Assembly: GCA_963833225.1 (NCBI GenBank)
Contig: CAWHXD010000007.1
Location: forward strand, 416,001-480,000
Source of the DNA: an uncultured Chloroflexia bacterium
GTDB taxonomy: Bacteria; Chloroflexota; Limnocylindria; Limnocylindrales; CSP1-4
Length of the DNA stretch: 64,000 nt
Direction of reading: 5' to 3'
The notes under the pieces were generated by a model. That model was not told where the DNA came from. It searched no databases and worked only from the letters and a program-made list of their open reading frames with translations. This document shows positions 51,968 through 61,147 of the stretch, one piece after another; within the stretch, counting starts at the first letter, position 1; every line of letters starts with the position of its first letter. The position numbers and the translations under genes are program-made.

Positions 51968-52630
51968 TTGAACCTCCTTCTCACGTCCGCCGGCATCACG
52001 AACTCGAGCATTCGAGCCGCCCTGGAAGAGCTCTTGGGCAAACCCGTCGAGGTGTGCACCGCCCTGGTGATCTCCACCGCGTCCTATCCGCTCCGGCACG
52101 GCCCGCAGCTCGCGTGGAGCTTCATCGCCGGCGAGCAGCCCCAGACCCCGATGGCCGAGCTCGGCTGGAAGTCCGTCGGCGTCCTCGAGCTCACGGCGCT
52201 GCCCAGCATCGCGCGAACCGTCTGGCTCCCCGCGGTCGAGGAGGCCGACGTCCTGCTCGTGAACGGCGGCGACACGATCTACCTCGACCGCTGGATGCGC
52301 GAATCCGGGCTGGCGGAGCTCCTGCCTTCGCTCGATCTCGTGTACGTGGGACTCAGTGCCGGGAGCCTGGTCATGTCGCCATCCGTGGCGGATGACTTCG
52401 CTTCCTGGACCCGCCCTGTCGGGGGCGAAGGGCTGGGCGTCGTCGACTTCGAGATCTTCCCGCACCTCGACAACCCCGATCTGCCCGAGAACACCATGGC
52501 CGATGCGGAGCGGTGGGCGGCCAGCCTGACCGGGTCCGGCTACGCGATCGACGACGAGACCGCGATCAAGGTGGTCGATGGGGTCGCCGACGTGATCTCG
52601 GAGGGGCACTGGCGGCTGTTCGAGTCGTAG
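51968..52630 (+). CDS. Peptidase E/S51 family protein
   Basis: LLLTSAG, VNGGD, YVGLSAGS, FPH, YAIDDETAI; AAGGAG RBS. Confidence 0.9.
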   Translation: MNLLLTSAGITNSSIRAALEELLGKPVEVCTALVISTASYPLRHGPQLAWSFIAGEQPQTPMAELGWKSVGVLELTALPSIARTVWLPAVEEADVLLVNGGDTIYLDRWMRESGLAELLPSLDLVYVGLSAGSLVMSPSVADDFASWTRPVGGEGLGVVDFEIFPHLDNPDLPENTMADAERWAASLTGSGYAIDDETAIKVVDGVADVISEGHWRLFES

Positions 52631-52824
52631 TGCCGGGCGCTCGCGATCGCCATCGCAGCACTCATCCTCGTGTCGTCCGCACCGCGGGCGATCGCTACGT
52701 CGGCTCCGCATCGCCTGGGCTGCTGGTCGTGGCTGGTCTCTCGGGCTTCGATGCGCCATCATCCCGTTGACGCCTATCCTTCAAGCAAACGGAACCAGTC
52801 CGCTGTTTGGTAGGGGCGAGAGCG

Positions 52825-53271
52825 ATGTTCCTGAACCCGGTCAACTACTTGTGGCGCGACCTCGGCCGGGCCAGCGGGCGCCAAGTGGTGCTGCTCGTGA
52901 TCGGACCCCTCGCGCTCATGGTGCTCCTGGTGGTCCCAACGGTGCTCAGCGCCCCCCCGGTTGCCACCCACGTCGAGCTGTCGGGCACTGGCACCCGCAC
53001 CGGCCCGGAGGAACACCTCGGCGGCAGCTACCAGCTGACCTTCTCGATCACCGGAACGGCTGGCTGCACATACCAGCTGGGAATCGGCGGGACGGGCAGC
53101 GGGTGGGGGCTCGGGGAGTACTCCTTCCCGAGCGGCTCCACGCAGAGTCGGGAGCAGGTGTGGAGGGAGAACGTCCCGGACCTCACGGACGGCCGGTACG
53201 CGATCAGCACCGTGGCGACCGGTTGCGGCCCGTGGACGGTGACCCTCGACCGCACGCCCGCCGCCGGGTGA
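52825..53271 (+). CDS. Membrane-anchored hypothetical protein
   Basis: N-terminal TM then a beta-rich domain with a Cys pair; stop lies inside the repeat motif. Confidence 0.7.
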   Translation: MFLNPVNYLWRDLGRASGRQVVLLVIGPLALMVLLVVPTVLSAPPVATHVELSGTGTRTGPEEHLGGSYQLTFSITGTAGCTYQLGIGGTGSGWGLGEYSFPSGSTQSREQVWRENVPDLTDGRYAISTVATGCGPWTVTLDRTPAAG

Positions 53272-53436
53272 CATTGGCGCGCGCTCGCCGACCCGACGGG
53301 GGATAGCTCGACCGAAGCCCGAGCCCGCCTGACTGCCCGCGCGCGGCCGCCCCTGCTCAGTCGAGCGCGCGGATCTGCGGCATGCCTAGGCTACGCGCGC
53401 TTGCCCCCTCCGTCGCGCCGGTTCAGCGGCGCGAGG

Positions 53437-54933
53437 CTACGGGATCACGACCAGGGCATCGACATCGATCCGCCCGTCCCCAAGCGGCCGGATGACCAGT
53501 CGGTGCGGCCCGCCGTCGTCGAGGTGCGCCTGGAACACCAGGTGTCGGAAGCGCTTCTTGCTGCCCTTGAGGCTGATGGTCGCGACGTGCGTTCCATCGA
53601 TCCAGACCTGCGCTCGGCCTGCATGGGCGCCTCGCGTGCCGACCCATCCGACATCGTGGCCCGTGAAGGCCACGACCACCCGGCTCGATGCCGATGTGGT
53701 TCGACGCGACCGGCCACCGGAGAGCCGGCTGTCGGAGGCGCGCCACCAGGTGCCGTGCCAGGTGAGATGGTGGTTGCCCTCCTGCCAGCGATGGGGCCGG
53801 AACGCCGGCCACGCAGCGTAGGCGCTCGTGTTGCCACCCGCGTCTGTCGCGAGGACGCGATAGCGGTAGGTCCGGCCGACCTTGACCGTCCGGGTCAGGG
53901 CGGTGGTCGTGGAGCCTGGCAGCGAGACCGCGTGATACGAGCCGCCGTCGACCCGCTCCTCAAGGCGATAGCTCGCCACCCCGGTCCCCGCGTCGCTGGC
54001 CGACCAGGACAGACGCACCCTGACGGTCGAGGTCCCGATCTTCTGGGTGGCGGGCAGCGTGCGTCCGAGCGCGCCGATCACCGGCGCCTGGTCATCGGCG
54101 GTGACGACGATATGGAACGAGACCGGGTCGCTGGTGTCGTCGGGCGGGACGAACTCGGAGTGGGGCAGGCCGTAGTCCTCCAGTCCGCCGTCGTCGTGCG
54201 CCCGGACGGTGATGGTTGCGTCCCCAGCCTCGGATCCAGGGGTGAACGTGAGGACCCCGCCCGCGTCGATGACCGGCGGCATGCTGAACATGCCGGGCGA
54301 GGCGGCATCGTCGACCGACAGGATCTCAAAGCTCAGGGTCTGATCCGATTCGTTGTCGGGTCCCGGCGAGACATCGGTCGCCCAGGGCACCGAGACCGCC
54401 GGTCCATCGGCATAGCCGACGACGGTGTCGGATCCCGGCGTGAACGTCGGCGGGTCGTTCACGGGCGCGATCCACAGCCGATAGGTGGCGGTGTTCGACA
54501 GGTCGGTCCCGTCCGATGCGCGGTATGTGATCGAGTCCGAGGTCCAGGTGCCGCCCGGCGTGTCGCCCGCCGCGGTGCTGTAGTCCGGGTCTGGCTTGTA
54601 GGCGAGGAAGCCGTCGGCCAGCCATTCGACCTGCCCGTGGGCCGGGGTGTCGACCTCGGCCAGCGTCAGCGGGTCGCCGTCGGCGTCGGTGTCATTGGCC
54701 AGCGGCCCGCAGCTGCCGACGAGACCAAACCAACCCGGGAAGCCAGGATCAGTCCCGATCCAGTCCTCGGGGATCGGGAATGAGCCACCGAAGGCATCGC
54801 TGTTGCACAGCACCGGATCTGGATCGTCCGCGGCGACCGGCGGCGTGTTGCCTGCCGCGACGACGGGGGCCGTGGCCATCGCCCCGAGGAGGCCCACTGC
54901 CACCAGCGCTACCGGCCATCGCCGCATCCTCAT
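53437..54933 (-). CDS. Secreted protein with Ig-like (Big_9/cadherin-like) and Fn3-like domains
   Basis: Signal peptide; NTPPVAADD, LANDTDADGDPLT, PVNDPPTF, YRYRVLATDAGGN. Confidence 0.85.
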   Translation of the reverse strand: MRMRRWPVALVAVGLLGAMATAPVVAAGNTPPVAADDPDPVLCNSDAFGGSFPIPEDWIGTDPGFPGWFGLVGSCGPLANDTDADGDPLTLAEVDTPAHGQVEWLADGFLAYKPDPDYSTAAGDTPGGTWTSDSITYRASDGTDLSNTATYRLWIAPVNDPPTFTPGSDTVVGYADGPAVSVPWATDVSPGPDNESDQTLSFEILSVDDAASPGMFSMPPVIDAGGVLTFTPGSEAGDATITVRAHDDGGLEDYGLPHSEFVPPDDTSDPVSFHIVVTADDQAPVIGALGRTLPATQKIGTSTVRVRLSWSASDAGTGVASYRLEERVDGGSYHAVSLPGSTTTALTRTVKVGRTYRYRVLATDAGGNTSAYAAWPAFRPHRWQEGNHHLTWHGTWWRASDSRLSGGRSRRTTSASSRVVVAFTGHDVGWVGTRGAHAGRAQVWIDGTHVATISLKGSKKRFRHLVFQAHLDDGGPHRLVIRPLGDGRIDVDALVVIP

Positions 54934-55066
54934 CCGTCCGACCCAGGAGCTCCGGTCAATCGACCAGGTTCCAAGCGTGCCCGATCGTCGCGCACCGAGC
55001 CGTAGGCCGCTGGTCCTGATGTGGCAGCCTCAACAGGGCCTCGCAGGACGCGCTGGCTCCCGAGCC

Positions 55067-55729
55067 TCAGGGTGCCCAGGGGTGCATCGTGATGTCGCCG
55101 GCCGAGCCCGGGTCGCCATTGCACGGCGGGACGCCTGAGGTGTCGGTCGGCGAGACGGGCACCGCCACCACCCGGTCGGTGCCGTCGTTGAACACGAAGG
55201 CGACGGTGACCGGTGCGGTCGGCGCCGGCCCGCAGTAGTTGGCGGCGCTGACCACCGTCTTGAGGACCGTGCCCGGGTCGACCGTCAGCAGCGTCGAATC
55301 GCCGGGTGCCTCCCCGTTGATGATGACCGCGCCATGACCGTCGATGAGCTGCGGCCGGGCCATGGCGGGAAGCGTGCACGCCGGACCGGTGTTGGTCAGC
55401 TCCACGTCCGCGAACCGGCTGCCGGCCGCCCCTTGCCAGCCCTCAAAGACCCCGGAGCTTGGCTCAAACGGCGTGACCCGCGCGGCGAGCTGCGCCGAGG
55501 TGCACACGGCGATCGTGGGCGCGACGCTCGGGGTGGCTGACGGCGAGGAGATCGATGAGGGGGAGGGCATGGTCGTCATGGATGGCGCCGGGGATGTCGC
55601 CGGTTCCGTCGTCGGTTCGGCCGTTGCCGCCGTCGTCGGCGCGGCCGTGCTCGCTCCGCAGGCGCCGAGGACCGCCGTGAGCACGATGGTGAGCATCATC
55701 GACTCGACTCGGCGGCGCACGGTGATCAC
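55067..55729 (-). CDS. DUF4232-like lipoprotein
   Basis: LGAC lipobox, Thr/Pro linker, CTSAQL...GAAGS...LTNTGPACTL. Confidence 0.78.
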   Translation of the reverse strand: MITVRRRVESMMLTIVLTAVLGACGASTAAPTTAATAEPTTEPATSPAPSMTTMPSPSSISSPSATPSVAPTIAVCTSAQLAARVTPFEPSSGVFEGWQGAAGSRFADVELTNTGPACTLPAMARPQLIDGHGAVIINGEAPGDSTLLTVDPGTVLKTVVSAANYCGPAPTAPVTVAFVFNDGTDRVVAVPVSPTDTSGVPPCNGDPGSAGDITMHPWAP

Positions 55730-55877
55730 CTCTTCTTGAACGGCCCACGGCCTCTGTCCATTGCCAGGCCCTGCCGCAGAGCCTACGGCGTTGTCCCGGA
55801 CTGCGCTGTCAACGGGCCGGGTGTGCGCCGCTGGTCCGCTCGCACGCGAGGCGTTCGTCCGCTGGCACGCGAGGCAA

Positions 55878-55922
55878 TGTAAAGGAGGCTTGACACACCC
55901 GCGATGTCAAGCTACCTTGACA
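55878..55922 (+). promoter_or_regulatory. Promoter with two palindromic operators
   Basis: TTGACA-17-TACCTT; TGTAAAGGAGGCTTGACA and TGTCAAGCTACCTTGACA. Confidence 0.85.
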
Positions 55923-55925
55923 CCG

Positions 55926-56129
55926 ATGCGGAACGAGGTGCGGGAGCTACGGACGGATCGAGGTCTCCGCCAGGAGGACCTGGCGAAGGCATTGAAGGTG
56001 TCGCGCCAGACCGTCAACGCCATCGAGACGGGGCGCTACCTGCCGTCCCTGCCGCTTGCGTTCGCCCTGGCGCGCTACTTCGGCAAGCGGGTGGAGGAGC
56101 TGTTCCATGGAGACGACGATGCGCGCTAG
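55926..56129 (+). CDS. XRE-family HTH regulator
   Basis: LRQEDLAKALKVSRQTVNAIETGRYLPSL. Confidence 0.93.
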   Translation: MRNEVRELRTDRGLRQEDLAKALKVSRQTVNAIETGRYLPSLPLAFALARYFGKRVEELFHGDDDAR

Positions 56130-56496
56130 GTGGGGGATGCCGGCCTTCGGGCTCCTGATCGGAGTGCTGCTCCTTGCGGCGTCGGCGATCGGAGGCCAGC
56201 CATGGCTGGGGCTCGGGATGCTTGCCGTCATGACCGTCTACAGCGCCGTGCTCGTCCTGTTCGGCGATCGAAGCGAGACGATCGGGGTGCTCGGCGGTCG
56301 GCCGGTGGACGAGCGGCTCGCATCCTTCAACATCACCGCCACGGCGATCGCCGGAACGGTCGCGATCGTGGTCGCGCTCGCCGGCTTCCTGTGGGCGATC
56401 GCCCGCTCCGAGAGCGGCACCGAGTTTGCGGTCGTGGCCGCCGCCGGTGGGATCGCCTACCTGGTCGCGATCATCTGGCTGCGCTGGCGGGGCTGA
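56107..56496 (+). CDS. Membrane protein coupled to the XRE regulator
   Basis: Four TM segments with a DER motif. Confidence 0.75.
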   Translation: METTMRARWGMPAFGLLIGVLLLAASAIGGQPWLGLGMLAVMTVYSAVLVLFGDRSETIGVLGGRPVDERLASFNITATAIAGTVAIVVALAGFLWAIARSESGTEFAVVAAAGGIAYLVAIIWLRWRG

Positions 56497-56630
56497 TCCG
56501 GGCGGCCTGGCCTCACGGTGCGGACGGTGGTGGTCGAGTCCGCAGCTGCCGTGGTGCCGTGCAGCCTGGGGACAGCGGCGAATTCGAGATAGCGTCGTGA
56601 GGGAGGCTGCCGACGGGGTGATACCGTCAG

Positions 56631-56924
56631 GTGGTGACTCGGAGACACCAGCGCTTCGCCCTCTTCGACGTGACCTTCGCCGGGGTCTCGTTGCCGGGCG
56701 CCACGATGGACTGCTGGCAGGACGATGGTGGCCAGCCCCAGTGGCTGGCGCGCGTGCTCACTCGCCTGTGTCCGGCGGTGGAGGACGGCGAGCTGTTCGG
56801 CCGCACCGCCGACGGCCGGACGCTGTCTGGACACGCGGTGGTTGCCGATCAGCAGGTTGGCCCCGGCAGTCGACGGGAGACGCTCGTCGTGTTCCACGGC
56901 TCGGGGCCCCTGCACGGCGTCTGA
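56631..56924 (+). CDS. Hypothetical protein
   Basis: ORF with typical codon usage. Confidence 0.55.
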   Translation: MVTRRHQRFALFDVTFAGVSLPGATMDCWQDDGGQPQWLARVLTRLCPAVEDGELFGRTADGRTLSGHAVVADQQVGPGSRRETLVVFHGSGPLHGV

Positions 56925-57025
56925 TCCTGGTGCGCGTCGGAGCCAGCGGCACCCGATGCGGCCGTGCGCACGCCTAGACCCAGGCTCGAGCATGCCGGGG
57001 CCGCCGCCATGACGAGGAGAACGCG

Positions 57026-57169
57026 ATGGCCAGGAAGAAGAACAAGCAGGCGCAGAAGGCCAAGAAGGCCGCGAAGGACGAGCAGGCCCTGAAGGTCAGG
57101 AAGGCCGAGAAGGCCGAGAAGGCAAGAAGCAAGAAGGCCGAGAAGGCCGAGAAGGCCGAGAAGGCTTAG
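57026..57169 (+). CDS. 47-aa Lys/Ala-rich basic protein (not in ORF track)
   Basis: GAGGAG RBS; MARKKNKQAQKAKKAAKDEQALKVRKAEKAEKARSKKAEKAEKAEKA. Confidence 0.65.
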   Translation: MARKKNKQAQKAKKAAKDEQALKVRKAEKAEKARSKKAEKAEKAEKA

Positions 57170-57323
57170 GGGCCGGGGGCCGGGCTTCTCGATCCACTGG
57201 TCCACGGCTGGCTGATTGCCTGCTGGTTCAGGATCGCCTCCCGCACGCCCGGCTGGGACCTCGAATCTCGGGCTTCGGGTCCCGGGCTGTGCGTGGAAGG
57301 GCCAATCCTGATGCAGATGGCGA

Positions 57324-57842
57324 TCAGGGCCGGCCGATGCCTCCCATCGCCTGGGTGCCCGATGCGTCGTTGGCCAGTCGCTCGCGGATCCGTCGCGCCA
57401 GATCCGCAGCCGTTCCTGGATCGACGCGCGGCCCTGCCTCGTCGCTGGCATGCCACGGCACGTCGGCCGGCGTGTCCTGGTGGCGGCAGATGAGGTGCTC
57501 GTGGAAATGGGCGACGCCTGTTCCGATGACGGCGGCAAACACGAACTCCGGGCTGACCTCAGTGCGCAGCGCCCGTGCCAGCCGCGTGCGAAGCGGACCG
57601 AGCGCGGCGGCCTCCTCATCGGTCAGGTCGGCGAGATACGGGCAATGGCGGTCGCTGTCGATGATGAGGTGACCGAGCGAGGTGGTTCCGTCCTCATCGG
57701 GCGGGGCGTGCCACACCCAGAACCCGTCGAGGCGGCTGATCAGCTCACCTCCGAGCGGTCCCTCGCCGCGGTGCCTGGCGCAGATCAGGCAGTCATTCGG
57801 CACGCGCACGGCTCCCAGGCAGGTCGACCCATCGTCCGCCAC
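57324..57842 (-). CDS. HIT-like protein
   Basis: DCLIC, GHLII, AHFHEHL; start may be 57803. Confidence 0.78.
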   Translation of the reverse strand: MADDGSTCLGAVRVPNDCLICARHRGEGPLGGELISRLDGFWVWHAPPDEDGTTSLGHLIIDSDRHCPYLADLTDEEAAALGPLRTRLARALRTEVSPEFVFAAVIGTGVAHFHEHLICRHQDTPADVPWHASDEAGPRVDPGTAADLARRIRERLANDASGTQAMGGIGRP

Positions 57843-57867
57843 CCTACGCCGCTCGCGATGTCCGCGC

Positions 57868-58694
57868 TCATGGGCTGACGACCACGGTGCAGGCCGAGCC
57901 GCGGAACGTGACGTCCACCATCACCGCATTGGCGTCGGCCGGGACGACGAGGTGCCATGTGCAGGCGACCGAGACCCTGGGCTTGTTACCGAGGGAGCCA
58001 TCGCCGAGCGGCTCCGGCGTGGCGTCGTCGGGAAACGCCTCCACCTCGAAGACGAGGTCATGGTCGCCCGGTCCGATCCACTGCGGCAGGCCCTCGCCGA
58101 GCGTGAGTGGCGTGGGGTCGCCGCTGATCGGCGTTCTCGAAGCTCCGGTGGTGCTGGAGCTCGGCGCGGCTCGTCCCGGACGACGGTGACGTGAGGCTCA
58201 CCCGGTAGCCGCAGCCCGAAGGCGGCGGGATGCACGGCTCATACGCGGTGCCGGTCACGGTCAGCTTCGCCGTGGGCTCGGACGAGACCGGCTCCGGCGG
58301 GATCGCGAGGCCGAGGGCAACGGGACCGCAGGCGACGAACACGCCGTCGTCAGCGGGAACGCCGCCACCCATCGACACGAGATCACCCTCTCGGGCGACG
58401 GTGATGAACACGCGGGTCAGGGTGAGGGTGCCGTCCTCCTCGCCCACGCCGTAGCCGAATGGCCACGGCGACCTTCGAGACTCCGCCCTCGGGGATCGCA
58501 CGGACGGCGAGCGCGCCGTCCTGCTCCACCAGCTCGCCCTGGAGGAGCGCGGTCGGGCAGCTGCCCGTCGTGGTGCCCGCGAGGAGCGCGAAGCCGAGAT
58601 AGAGCGCCCCCACGGTTGCGGCGAGGGCGGTCAACGCGGCGACGATCCAGCGCACGTGCGAGGCCTCGTGGCGGTGTGGGTCGGACGGTGTCAT
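57868..58694 (-). CDS. Membrane-anchored hypothetical protein (two apparent frameshifts)
   Basis: TM then CPTALLQGEL...WPFGY, continuing across frames. Confidence 0.55.
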
Positions 58695-58759
58695 TGTGCG
58701 CTCCGAAGCGGCTCTTGGCACCGGGGGCGGGTCCGACAGATCGTGGGGGAGGTGCGCTG

Positions 58760-59194
58760 ATGCAGATCGCGATCGTCTTTGGGTTCCTGGCGCAGGTCTT
58801 CCTGCTTGCCTTCTTCGCGGCCTACCGGTGGCGGCCCGCCCTGGCACCGCCGCTCGGGCTGATCGTCTATGGGCTCGGCGTGCCGGCAGCCCTGTTCGCC
58901 GCCGTGGGGTTCATCCTCGGCCTCGAGTGGCCGGCGATTGCCGCGTTCGGCCTGTACGCGGTGTGGTCCGCGTTTGGCGCCTGGCTGGACGTCATCCGGC
59001 CCGTCTCGTGGCGCGTCCCGCCCCGCTGGTCGATCCTCGTTCCGTACGCGCTGCTGCTCACGGCGGCGCTGCTCGCCTTCTGGGTGCCGCTGTGGTACGT
59101 CGATCAGCGGCTGTGGGTCGCGTTCGGGATGCTCTACGCGGCCCACACGACGCTCAACCTGGCCACGCATCGAGGCCCACGGTCCGCCCGCTGA
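58760..59194 (+). CDS. Membrane protein
   Basis: GGAGGT RBS; hydrophobic. Confidence 0.75.
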   Translation: MQIAIVFGFLAQVFLLAFFAAYRWRPALAPPLGLIVYGLGVPAALFAAVGFILGLEWPAIAAFGLYAVWSAFGAWLDVIRPVSWRVPPRWSILVPYALLLTAALLAFWVPLWYVDQRLWVAFGMLYAAHTTLNLATHRGPRSAR

Positions 59195-59243
59195 GCGCGT
59201 CGTGGTGAGCCCGGAGCGCACCCCGCGGTGGTAGGGTCCGCGG

Positions 59244-59765
59244 ATGAGCAGACCGATCCTCTCCGACGCCTTCGGCCATCACGTCTGGGCAACGCTGCGC
59301 CTGATCGACGCCTGCACGGCCCTCACGGACGAGCAACTCGCCACCACCGTGCCCGGCACCTACGGCTCGATCCTCGGGACGCTGCGCCACCTCGTCGGCG
59401 CGGACTGCTCGTACCTCGAGCTGCTGTCGAACGGGAAGGTCACGGCGATCGACGAGGACGAGGAGGGGGTGCTGGATCTCATCGCCCTGCGGCTGGCGAT
59501 GGAGGCCAACGGGCCAGTGTGGGCACAGGTCGTCGCTGGCGACCTGGATCCCGATCTGGTGATCATCAGGCGGCATGACGATGGCTCCGAGAGCCACGCA
59601 CCGCTGGGGATCCGGCTCGCGCAGGTCATCCATCACGGGACGGACCACCGCAGCCAGGTGTGCACCGCGCTGACGAACCTGGGGATCACGCCGCCCGAGA
59701 TCGACGTGTGGGACTACGCGCAGGCTGGTGGGCGCCTGGTCGACGTGCCGGGGACGTCCGGCTGA
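59244..59765 (+). CDS. DinB family protein
   Basis: HHVWAT, TLRHLV, QVIHHGTDHRSQ. Confidence 0.9.
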   Translation: MSRPILSDAFGHHVWATLRLIDACTALTDEQLATTVPGTYGSILGTLRHLVGADCSYLELLSNGKVTAIDEDEEGVLDLIALRLAMEANGPVWAQVVAGDLDPDLVIIRRHDDGSESHAPLGIRLAQVIHHGTDHRSQVCTALTNLGITPPEIDVWDYAQAGGRLVDVPGTSG

Positions 59766-59772
59766 CCGCCGC

Positions 59773-60141
59773 ATGACGGCCACGCCCGCCACCGTCGACG
59801 AGTATCTCGCCGCGATCCCTGTCGACCGCCGCGCCCGCTTCGACTCTCTCCGCGCGACGATCCTGGCCGCCGCCCCCGACGCGGAGGAGGGGATCGCCTA
59901 TGACATGCCGGCGTACCGCCTCGGCGGCCGATTCATGTGCTCGATCGGCTGCTACGCACATCACGACAGCCTGTTTCCGGCGAGCCAGGTCATCATCGAC
60001 CGGCTGGGTGACGAGGTGTCGCCGTACGTGAGGGGCCGGGGCACCCTCCGGTTCCTCGCGAGCAAGCCGCTCCCCCTGGAGCTCATCGAGCGGATCGTCC
60101 GCATCCGGCACGAGGAGACGGCAGCAGCCGGCGGGGCCTGA
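59773..60141 (+). CDS. DUF1801/YdhG-like protein
   Basis: TVDEYLA...EEGIAYDMPAY...GTLRF...PLP. Confidence 0.85.
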   Translation: MTATPATVDEYLAAIPVDRRARFDSLRATILAAAPDAEEGIAYDMPAYRLGGRFMCSIGCYAHHDSLFPASQVIIDRLGDEVSPYVRGRGTLRFLASKPLPLELIERIVRIRHEETAAAGGA

Positions 60142-60143
60142 GC

Positions 60144-60500
60144 TCAGTCCCCCAGGAGCGTGCCCTGGTGGAAGCGGACCTGCCAGCGGCCACCGCGCAG
60201 GACCCACAGGCTGGACCGCCTGGAGGGGCGTGGTGGACCCAGCCGGTAGGTGGCGAGCGCAACGCCCGGTGCGAGCTCGGCGACGGCAAAGTCCAGCAGC
60301 TCCACGAGGTCCGCGGCGGGCTCGCGGTCGAGCGCCACCCGGATCTCGGGGGCGGTCCACGTCCGCCCGCTCGCGCCGAACTCGGTGAAGTCGTCGGCGA
60401 TCAGCGCGGCAAGCCCGCCATCGATCCCGGCCGGGTCCGCGGACGCGAGCGCGGCCTCGAGGCGGTACAGGGTCGTGGCGAGGTCCCGATCGTCCGTCAT
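60144..60500 (-). CDS. DUF4440/NTF2-like protein
   Basis: DDFTEFGASG, RRSSLW, WQVRFHQGT. Confidence 0.85.
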   Translation of the reverse strand: MTDDRDLATTLYRLEAALASADPAGIDGGLAALIADDFTEFGASGRTWTAPEIRVALDREPAADLVELLDFAVAELAPGVALATYRLGPPRPSRRSSLWVLRGGRWQVRFHQGTLLGD

Positions 60501-60555
60501 GCGTGGCTCCTGCGGCAGTGGCGTCCCAGACCATGATCGGGGATCATCGGTTTCG

Positions 60556-61113
60556 ATGACCACCCTTGGCCCAGTGCCGGTCTCGATCCGCCGCGCCACC
60601 TCGCCCGAGCTGTCCGCCACGGACCTCGCGCAGCTGCTCGACCTGTTCCATGCGTGCTGGCCGGGTGGTGGCTTCGCTCCCGAGGACGTGGACCACGCGC
60701 TGGGCGGCGTTCACTGGATCGCGGAGGTGCGGGGCCGGATCGTGGGCCACGCGAGCGTGGTGCCGCGGACGCTCGAGGCGGGTGACATCCCGCTGGCGAC
60801 GGGCTACGTCGAGGCGGTCGCCACGCACCCGGACTGGCAGCGGCGCGGCATCGCGAGCCGGCTGATGGCGGACGCCGATGCCCACATCGCGGAGGCCTAC
60901 GCCCTCGGCGCGCTGTCCACGAGCGTCCCGGCCTTGTACGCCCGCCTCGGCTGGGAGCGTTGGCGCGGGCCGACGTTCGTGCGCACGCCGGACGGCCCGA
61001 TGCGGACCGCGGACGAGGACGACGGGGTCATGATCCTGCGGACGCCCCGGACCCCGCGGTTGCGGGGCGACGAGCCGCTCAGCTGCGAATGGCGACCGGG
61101 GGACGTCTGGTAG
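60556..61113 (+). CDS. GNAT, aminoglycoside 2'-N-acetyltransferase-like
   Basis: HALGGVH, GYVEAVA, GWERWRGPT, CEWRPGDVW. Confidence 0.82.
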   Translation: MTTLGPVPVSIRRATSPELSATDLAQLLDLFHACWPGGGFAPEDVDHALGGVHWIAEVRGRIVGHASVVPRTLEAGDIPLATGYVEAVATHPDWQRRGIASRLMADADAHIAEAYALGALSTSVPALYARLGWERWRGPTFVRTPDGPMRTADEDDGVMILRTPRTPRLRGDEPLSCEWRPGDVW

Positions 61114-61147
61114 GGCTGGCCGATGCCCGCGCGGCGCTGGGCCGCCG

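Larger units (their letters stand above)
49421..53292 (+). repeat. Dispersed degenerate ~27-bp motif GGGTGACATTssCGCACGCTCGCGGAC
   Basis: Copies at 49421, 49888, 50354, 51450, 51870 and 53266; more divergent versions end each 69-bp repeat. Confidence 0.75.

Noticed and set aside
46791-53292. CRISPR array or classical integron
   Set aside because: Spacing is gene-sized and irregular, the copies are degenerate, and there are no attC core sites, cas genes or intI gene in the window.
55834-55875. 19-bp tandem near-repeat GTCCGCT(C/G)GCACGCGAGGC
   Set aside because: There are only two copies, and it is likely a local duplication; the palindromic operators already explain regulation of the XRE gene.
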